Shown here piece by piece: positions 58,379 through 64,000 of a stretch of DNA of 64,000 nucleotides (within the stretch, counting starts at the first letter, position 1; the number at the start of each line of letters is the position of its first letter). The notes beneath the pieces were generated by a model, which made no database searches, had not been told where the DNA came from, and saw only the letters and a list, made by a program, of their open reading frames with translations. Both the position numbers and the translations under genes were made by a program. Source of the DNA: an uncultured Mucilaginibacter sp. (GTDB taxonomy: Bacteria; Bacteroidota; Bacteroidia; Sphingobacteriales; Sphingobacteriaceae); NCBI GenBank assembly GCA_964611565.1, contig CAZTAU010000012.1, positions 25,000 to 88,999 of the forward strand, in the 5' to 3' direction.

Positions 58379-59418
58379 GCGGATAGCAGCATTAATGAAT
58401 GATAATTGCTTTGATAATGATTGTAAATTAATACTTTTTTCGGTTCGATTCCGATATTCTCCACAACTTTCGGAACAGTGCCTGTTTTTATCATATTAAC
58501 CGCCAACCATAAAGCAAATGAAGAAGATGTTGGATATTCGCCGCATAAATGCTTATAGTTAACCAGCGTGCTATTAGCAAATACCGATTGCCCCAGGTCG
58601 TTATATGTTTTATCGTTCCTGATGTCGCCGTTGCGTCCGGTAATCACCAGGTCAATATCGTTGATAGCTAAGTTGTGTTGCTGTAAAAACGAGGTAATGC
58701 CTTGTTCAATATCTTTTGGCTTATAAAGCGTTTTTAAGCCCACCAGTTCAGATAAATTATCAGAAGAAACCTTATCGCTTAATAAAAAGAAAGAAGCCCC
58801 CTCACCACCAATGGTGCCTTTTGATGCTTCTTTATATAGATCCAAGTTGGATATGGGTTGGCGTTTATATAAACCTAATCGCGTTAAAACGGTAAAGCTT
58901 ACGTCGATCATTTCTTCGGTACCGCCTACCAAAATGTTGTTGGCTTCGCCCTCTTGTAAAAGCATAAGAGCATCAATCAGCGCATTCTCAAAAGATATGC
59001 CTTTATGTACAAAGGTGTTGTTATAGCCATGGCATTGCAGTATCAAGGCTATTTGCGCGGCTACGGTATTATGAGTAGACTGTATAAAGGAAGTTGGCGG
59101 CAGCATTTCTTCGTTTAACTCTACAATGCGGGTTAAAAAGGCTACCGTATCTTCCATGCAACCAAACGCGGTGCCGGTAATTATTGCACCCGGCATATCA
59201 ACCCCTGCACGTCCTAAACAATCTTTAGCGGCTGATACCCCCATTTTGATCACATGGCTCATGCGGCGTATTAGTTTTGGGTCGATGTATTGCTTATAAT
59301 CGGGCTCGATAGCTTTTAAGCGGGTGCCGGTAGATTCTACTACATCGGTCAAAAAGCCATTGTCCCCAAAAGTATTTTGTGGAGAGATACTGGATGCAGA
59401 GCGTATATAGGTCCTCAT
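58372..59418 (-). CDS. Ketosynthase chain-length-factor-like protein
   Basis: IRRMS, PTSFIQSTHNTVAAQIA and YKHLCGEYPTSS; catalytic Cys absent; ATG 59418. Confidence 0.85.
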   Translation of the reverse strand: MRTYIRSASSISPQNTFGDNGFLTDVVESTGTRLKAIEPDYKQYIDPKLIRRMSHVIKMGVSAAKDCLGRAGVDMPGAIITGTAFGCMEDTVAFLTRIVELNEEMLPPTSFIQSTHNTVAAQIALILQCHGYNNTFVHKGISFENALIDALMLLQEGEANNILVGGTEEMIDVSFTVLTRLGLYKRQPISNLDLYKEASKGTIGGEGASFFLLSDKVSSDNLSELVGLKTLYKPKDIEQGITSFLQQHNLAINDIDLVITGRNGDIRNDKTYNDLGQSVFANSTLVNYKHLCGEYPTSSSFALWLAVNMIKTGTVPKVVENIGIEPKKVLIYNHYQSNYHSLMLLSAC

Positions 59419-59420
59419 TT

Positions 59421-61256
59421 TTATATCGCCGAAAATATTAAAGATGTACAATTACCACCAAATCCAAACGAGTTGGACATGACGTGTTTAATATTTTGTT
59501 CCGTTAAAAATTTGGTTTCGGGAGTAAAGGGCACTTCGCTCATCGGTGTTTCAAACCGAAGGTTGGGGTAGATGATACCCTTATTTATTGCCAACACAGA
59601 AAATACTGCTTCAATAGCGCCGCTTGCACCTAAAGTATGACCCGTGAACGATTTAGTAGAACTCATCGGCGGGAAATCCTTCTCAAACAAACGTGTTATA
59701 GCCGTGCCTTCGGCACTATCATTATTGGGTGTACCGGTACCATGTAGGTTGATGTAGCTGATGTCGGTTGTATTTAAACCTGCTTTGGTTAACGCGCCTT
59801 GCATAGCTAAATATGAGCCTGTTCCGTCTGGCGAGGATGCTGTTTGATGATAGGCATCGTTGCTGTTATTATAGCCGCTTAATTTGCAATATAAAGGCTT
59901 CTGAAGCGCTTTTGCTACTTTGTCTGACACCAACACTACATACCCTGCACCTTCGCCTAAATTCAATCCTTTGCGGTTTTCGTCAAATGGTTTGCAAAAC
60001 TCTTTGTCAACAATCATCAGGGTATTAAATCCGTTTAGCGTAAACTTGGTAAGTGCATCTGTGCCACCGGCTACTACCACGTCCAATAAACCATTTTTAA
60101 TCAACCTTGCGCCATAGAAAATGGAGTTGGCAGATGACGAACAGGCCGTGCTGATAGTGGTCATGTAATCTGTGATACCCAACTTATCCGCAACTACCTC
60201 CGTAACGCTTCCGCACTCGTGATCAAACACGTTTTTTAACTTGCCCTTGCTGTTATCTTTTAAAAACTCAACAAAAAAATCTTCACTTTTATCCATACCC
60301 CCAACTGAGTTTGCCGATACAAAACCTGTGCGGAAGTCACCCAGGTTAGGAATGGCAGCATCATTCAATGCCTCGCGCGCAGCCACCAGACTTAACATAG
60401 TGGTGCGGCTCACATTTATAGAAAGGCCTGTCATGGCTGCCAGTTCCTCGTTGGTCAATTTTACCTCGGCAACGGGCAGCACATTTTTATGTATGGTTTG
60501 CATATGGGTAATGGGGCCCATGCCTTCTTCCTCTTTCTCAAACGAGGCTAAGCACTGGGCAACGTTGTTCCCAATAGCCGTAATAGCACCGATGCCTGCT
60601 ATAAAAACATCGGGGGTAGCACTTGTAGCATTATTTATATCGCTTGTAAAAAGCTCATTCATATTGTCTGCATTAAAAACAGTAGTGTTTGTTCCGGGTT
60701 GTTTTTCAACCAAAAGCAGGGCCGCTTTATAGGCCTCGTCAATTACATCAACCCAGCCGCAAATACAAGCTTGCAGGGTATCATCATTTAATAAATTATT
60801 AACGTAATTGGCCGTAAAATTAACATCAAATTTATCAGCTACAAAAAACGCGTCCTCGCCTTTAAAATTGTTACGAATGCAAATTTCGCCCGTCATTATA
60901 TTGGGCAGGGTATATACAAATAACGCCGGACTGGCAATATCCTCCACACTTTTCAAATATTTCTGGTCGCTATCTAAACTGGAGTTGGCATTGGCTAAAA
61001 TTAATCCCACCTCTTCCGGCTGATAGTTTTCTTTTTGGAAACTATCTTTCAATAATATCTCAGAAGTTAGCCAGCCCAGTTTACTCAGGTTATCCATCTT
61101 GTAAAACCGTGAGTAGTTAAGCCGAAAATGCTGGTAGACTGATAGGAGGAACGCTGATAGATCGGCAGGTTTATTTTCAAAGACAACCGCCCCGTTTTTA
61201 TAAACGGTGTTATTGCTGATGATACAGCTGGATGTTATGTAGTTGTTAATGCTCAA
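59421..61256 (-). CDS. Fused CLF-like domain + beta-ketoacyl synthase
   Basis: N-domain FYKMDNLSKLG and SPALFVYTLPNI; C-domain STACSSS, HGTGT, GHTLG and NSFGFGG; probable TTG start at 61256. Confidence 0.85.
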   Translation of the reverse strand: MSINNYITSSCIISNNTVYKNGAVVFENKPADLSAFLLSVYQHFRLNYSRFYKMDNLSKLGWLTSEILLKDSFQKENYQPEEVGLILANANSSLDSDQKYLKSVEDIASPALFVYTLPNIMTGEICIRNNFKGEDAFFVADKFDVNFTANYVNNLLNDDTLQACICGWVDVIDEAYKAALLLVEKQPGTNTTVFNADNMNELFTSDINNATSATPDVFIAGIGAITAIGNNVAQCLASFEKEEEGMGPITHMQTIHKNVLPVAEVKLTNEELAAMTGLSINVSRTTMLSLVAAREALNDAAIPNLGDFRTGFVSANSVGGMDKSEDFFVEFLKDNSKGKLKNVFDHECGSVTEVVADKLGITDYMTTISTACSSSANSIFYGARLIKNGLLDVVVAGGTDALTKFTLNGFNTLMIVDKEFCKPFDENRKGLNLGEGAGYVVLVSDKVAKALQKPLYCKLSGYNNSNDAYHQTASSPDGTGSYLAMQGALTKAGLNTTDISYINLHGTGTPNNDSAEGTAITRLFEKDFPPMSSTKSFTGHTLGASGAIEAVFSVLAINKGIIYPNLRFETPMSEVPFTPETKFLTEQNIKHVMSNSFGFGGNCTSLIFSAI

Positions 61257-61257
61257 A

Positions 61258-62379
61258 TTACTTACTAAACAAAACTGCCGCGTTACATCCCCCAAAACCC
61301 GATGCGGTTTTTAGGAAGGTTTTATAATTGCCCGGCAGTAAATTTTTACAAATATTTATAGGTGTACTTACCCCCATAGTGCTAAAACCCGGTGTGGGCA
61401 AAACTACATTTTCTTTTAATGATTGGATAGAAATGATCGATTCTATTAAACCTGCCGCACCTAAAGTGTGACCGTAAAACCCTTTTAAACTGTTAGTCGG
61501 AATGCTTTGTAAACCTGCTAAATTAATGGCTTTCGCTTCCATCTCATCATTATAACTGGTTGCTGTGCCGTGGGCAGATATAAAATCAATATCATCAGTA
61601 CTAAGTCCGGCCTGTTTTAATGTTTTGGTAATAGCGAAACCCAATTCCTCCCCCGTGCGCGACGGTGCCGAAATATGGTTGGCATCATTACTTACCGCCC
61701 CGCTTAACACTTTTATATTATCGGCATATTGGGGGTTGGATGATAAAATAATAGTCGCCGCACCCTCGCCTAATGATATCCCGGTTCTATCCGCATCAAA
61801 AGGCCTGCAGGGCTCAGTGCTAATAGCCTGGAACGATTGAAAGCCGGACAATACAAACTTAGTTATCACATCTGCCCCGGCAACCACCACATTTTCATAT
61901 TGGCCCGAACGTATCAAACGCATTCCGGTAAGTACTGCCATAATGCCTGATATGCAGGCATTAGATACGACGATGGGTTGGCTTATAAAGCCGAAATGGT
62001 TGGCCACCAATTTAGCAGAGGTGGGTAAAGCAATGCGGGTTTTTAATGTGTTGTTATTTTCTTCCGTTTCCAAAAGGTTAATATTGCCTTTGGTGGTAGA
62101 TATAATTAACCCGGTTTTTTTATCAGTCGCATCAATATCACAGTTAGCTAAAGCATCAGTAATAGATGCTATTAGCAATTGCTCATACTTGGTTTGTTGA
62201 TTATTGGATACAAACTGATCCTTGTTGAACAAAGACGCATAAAAAGGCTCGTCGGTAATGGCTTTATCGTTATGCTGCTTAATGCCCGTTATGCCATTTT
62301 TTAGCTGCGCGAAATTATCAGCCGTAGTTAAGCCGATAGGAGAGGTAATATTATCAGCGGCGATAAAAACGTTACTCAT
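61258..62379 (-). CDS. Beta-ketoacyl-ACP synthase
   Basis: SNACISG, HGTAT, GHTLGAAG and ASGFGG. Confidence 0.92.
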   Translation of the reverse strand: MSNVFIAADNITSPIGLTTADNFAQLKNGITGIKQHNDKAITDEPFYASLFNKDQFVSNNQQTKYEQLLIASITDALANCDIDATDKKTGLIISTTKGNINLLETEENNNTLKTRIALPTSAKLVANHFGFISQPIVVSNACISGIMAVLTGMRLIRSGQYENVVVAGADVITKFVLSGFQSFQAISTEPCRPFDADRTGISLGEGAATIILSSNPQYADNIKVLSGAVSNDANHISAPSRTGEELGFAITKTLKQAGLSTDDIDFISAHGTATSYNDEMEAKAINLAGLQSIPTNSLKGFYGHTLGAAGLIESIISIQSLKENVVLPTPGFSTMGVSTPINICKNLLPGNYKTFLKTASGFGGCNAAVLFSK

Positions 62380-62794
62380 TAATTTTATTAATAAATATTT
62401 TCATTTCGCATTGCGCTATCAAAGTTTCACCGCGCCACACCTTGCCGGTAACTACAGCGATATTTAATAAACGGGTTTCAACTTTAACTTCGGTTATTAA
62501 TTCATTGCCAATTACAGGCAGCTCAAAAATTTCTAAATTTTTTACCGCACCAATGTAACCAATATCAATAGGGCGGTCCTCGATCCTGGCCATATTACCG
62601 GCACCGGCGGCCGAGGTCTGGGCCATATTTTCCATTAATCCCGCTTCGGTAAAAACGCCATTGATTACAAAGACATTTCCCTCAGTAATGGTAAAGCTGG
62701 TTTTGGTATGATCATCGTCCGAAAACAACAATTCATCAACCATTACAAATGGTGGTTTTTGAGGAATTAAGGATAAGATATCTTCTGTAAACAT
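62372..62794 (-). CDS. FabA-like 3-hydroxyacyl-ACP dehydratase
   Basis: LIPQKPPFVMVD and GLMENMAQT. Confidence 0.85.
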   Translation of the reverse strand: MFTEDILSLIPQKPPFVMVDELLFSDDDHTKTSFTITEGNVFVINGVFTEAGLMENMAQTSAAGAGNMARIEDRPIDIGYIGAVKNLEIFELPVIGNELITEVKVETRLLNIAVVTGKVWRGETLIAQCEMKIFINKINE

Positions 62795-62802
62795 ATAATC
62801 AA

Positions 62803-63522
62803 TTAAGAATACAACCCGCCATTTATCGACAATACTTCGGCAGTAATATAGCCCGCTTCTTTCGATGCTAAAAAGCCAACCGCGTGTGCTACCTCTTCGG
62901 GTAAACCAAAACGGTTTACGGGTATTTGTTTTTTTAATTCTTTCTCGTCCAGGTCTTCGGTCATATCTGTTTTTATAAATCCGGGGGCAACCGCGTTAAC
63001 GGTAATGCCACTGCGGCCAACTTCTTGTGCTAACGCTTTAGTGGCACCAATAACGCCTGCCTTTGCCGCCGAATAATTGGTTTGCCCCGCATGTCCTTTT
63101 AAGCCTGATAACGAAACCACGTTAATTATGCGGCCATAACGGTTCATCATCATTCCTTCTAAAACCAGTCGCGTTACATAAAAGAAACTGTCTAAACTGG
63201 TTTTTATTACACTGTCCCATTGCTCGTCTTTCAGCCAGGCCATCAAACTATCCTCGCGGATGCCGGCATTGTTTACCAGCACTTCAATAACTTTGTCCTC
63301 ATTGGCTGTTATCCAATTGCCTAACACTTTATTAATTGCCTTTTTATCCGCTACATCAAATTGCAGCAATTCGCCGTTACCGCCTATTTGTTGTAAAGTG
63401 TTGTTGGCTTCATCGGTATTGCTTTTATAATTAATGAGCACATAATAGCCCATAGCCGAAAGCTTAGCGCAAATTGCTCTGCCTATTCCTCTTGAACCAC
63501 CGGTTACTAATGCGCATTTCAT
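62803..63522 (-). CDS. fabG: 3-oxoacyl-ACP reductase
   Basis: TGGSRGIG, NNAGI and NYSAAK; ATG 63522 overlaps the upstream TGA. Confidence 0.93.
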   Translation of the reverse strand: MKCALVTGGSRGIGRAICAKLSAMGYYVLINYKSNTDEANNTLQQIGGNGELLQFDVADKKAINKVLGNWITANEDKVIEVLVNNAGIREDSLMAWLKDEQWDSVIKTSLDSFFYVTRLVLEGMMMNRYGRIINVVSLSGLKGHAGQTNYSAAKAGVIGATKALAQEVGRSGITVNAVAPGFIKTDMTEDLDEKELKKQIPVNRFGLPEEVAHAVGFLASKEAGYITAEVLSINGGLYS

Positions 63523-64000
63523 CAATTAGTGTGTTTAAAGGTTATAGCCGGATCAGTAGTTTCTAAAAAGTTCTTCACGTTCTCCACGTCTTTATATTTA
63601 TGGCTGTCCTCAATAAATTTCGGAAATATTTTTCTAACCTCATTATACAGAGCCAGCGTATGTGGTGCTAGTTTGCTTTGGCAGTTCAAATAATCAATCC
63701 CCTGCAAAATACTCATTAATTGTATAGCTAATACCGCGAATGAGTTATCAATAACTTTACGCGTCATCAACGCGGCGTTACAGCCCATACTCACAATATC
63801 CTGGTTGTCGTTATTGTTAGGTATACTATGCACGTACATCGGGAAGGATAATGTCTGATTTTCGGCAACTGTCGAAACAGCGGTAAACTGCACTCCCTGC
63901 ATCCCGAAGTTAAAACCTAAAACGCCTAAATTTATAAACGGCGGGAATTTGAGGTTCAGTTTATCATTCAATAAATAATTCAACTGACGCTCAGATAGCA
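63522..64000 (-). CDS. Aromatic amino acid ammonia-lyase (HAL/PAL/TAL family), 5' end outside window
   Basis: LSERQLNYLLN, AENQTL and NQDIVSMG.NAA; position matches the starter-unit lyase of flexirubin clusters. Confidence 0.9.
   Translation of the reverse strand, partial: LSERQLNYLLNDKLNLKFPPFINLGVLGFNFGMQGVQFTAVSTVAENQTLSFPMYVHSIPNNNDNQDIVSMGCNAALMTRKVIDNSFAVLAIQLMSILQGIDYLNCQSKLAPHTLALYNEVRKIFPKFIEDSHKYKDVENVKNFLETTDPAITFKHTN

Larger units (their letters stand above)
46688..64000. other. Flexirubin-type aryl polyene/dialkylresorcinol biosynthetic gene cluster (continues beyond window)
   Basis: darAB, ammonia-lyase, fabG, several KS/CLF/DH genes, two ACPs, PPTase, BtrH-like protein and ABC exporter. 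Confidence 0.88.

Noticed and set aside
1-64000. Prophage, IS transposase, rRNA, CRISPR-Cas or defence systems
   Set aside because: No supporting ORFs or repeat structures recognised.

Overview
AT-rich Bacteroidota chromosomal window, most consistent with a Sphingobacteriaceae genome such as Mucilaginibacter (inferred from gene content and TAnnTTTG promoters, not from a marker gene). Left part (1-28.9 kb): housekeeping and envelope genes, namely partial ileS (type II with a GIHH signature), recO, tRNA-Val(TAC), pdeM, sdhCAB, a CE15 esterase, TlpA/DUF4369 lipoproteins, an M90 peptidase, a GNAT-nitrilase fusion and a MerR/TipAS regulator. Middle (28.9-45.0 kb): an assimilatory nitrate/nitrite locus with cobA, nirBD, a Crp/Fnr regulator, a porin, nrtABC, narK, a fused nitrate reductase-diaphorase and a rubredoxin-domain protein. 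Positions 45.0-46.7 kb are a decayed patch containing REP-like palindromes, a frameshifted tlpA, twin operators and a LytTR relic. Right part (46.7-64 kb): a flexirubin-type aryl polyene/dialkylresorcinol cluster with an extra FAS-like cassette. The most striking element is a four-helix-bundle (IVP/Avd-like) gene inserted in that cassette. It is enclosed by inverted arrays of a 7-nt repeat (TAATGAC/GTCATTA) that could pair into a long stem and that also encode a stop-start relay into the next gene. All calls come from reading the sequence and recalled family motifs; no database searches were run.
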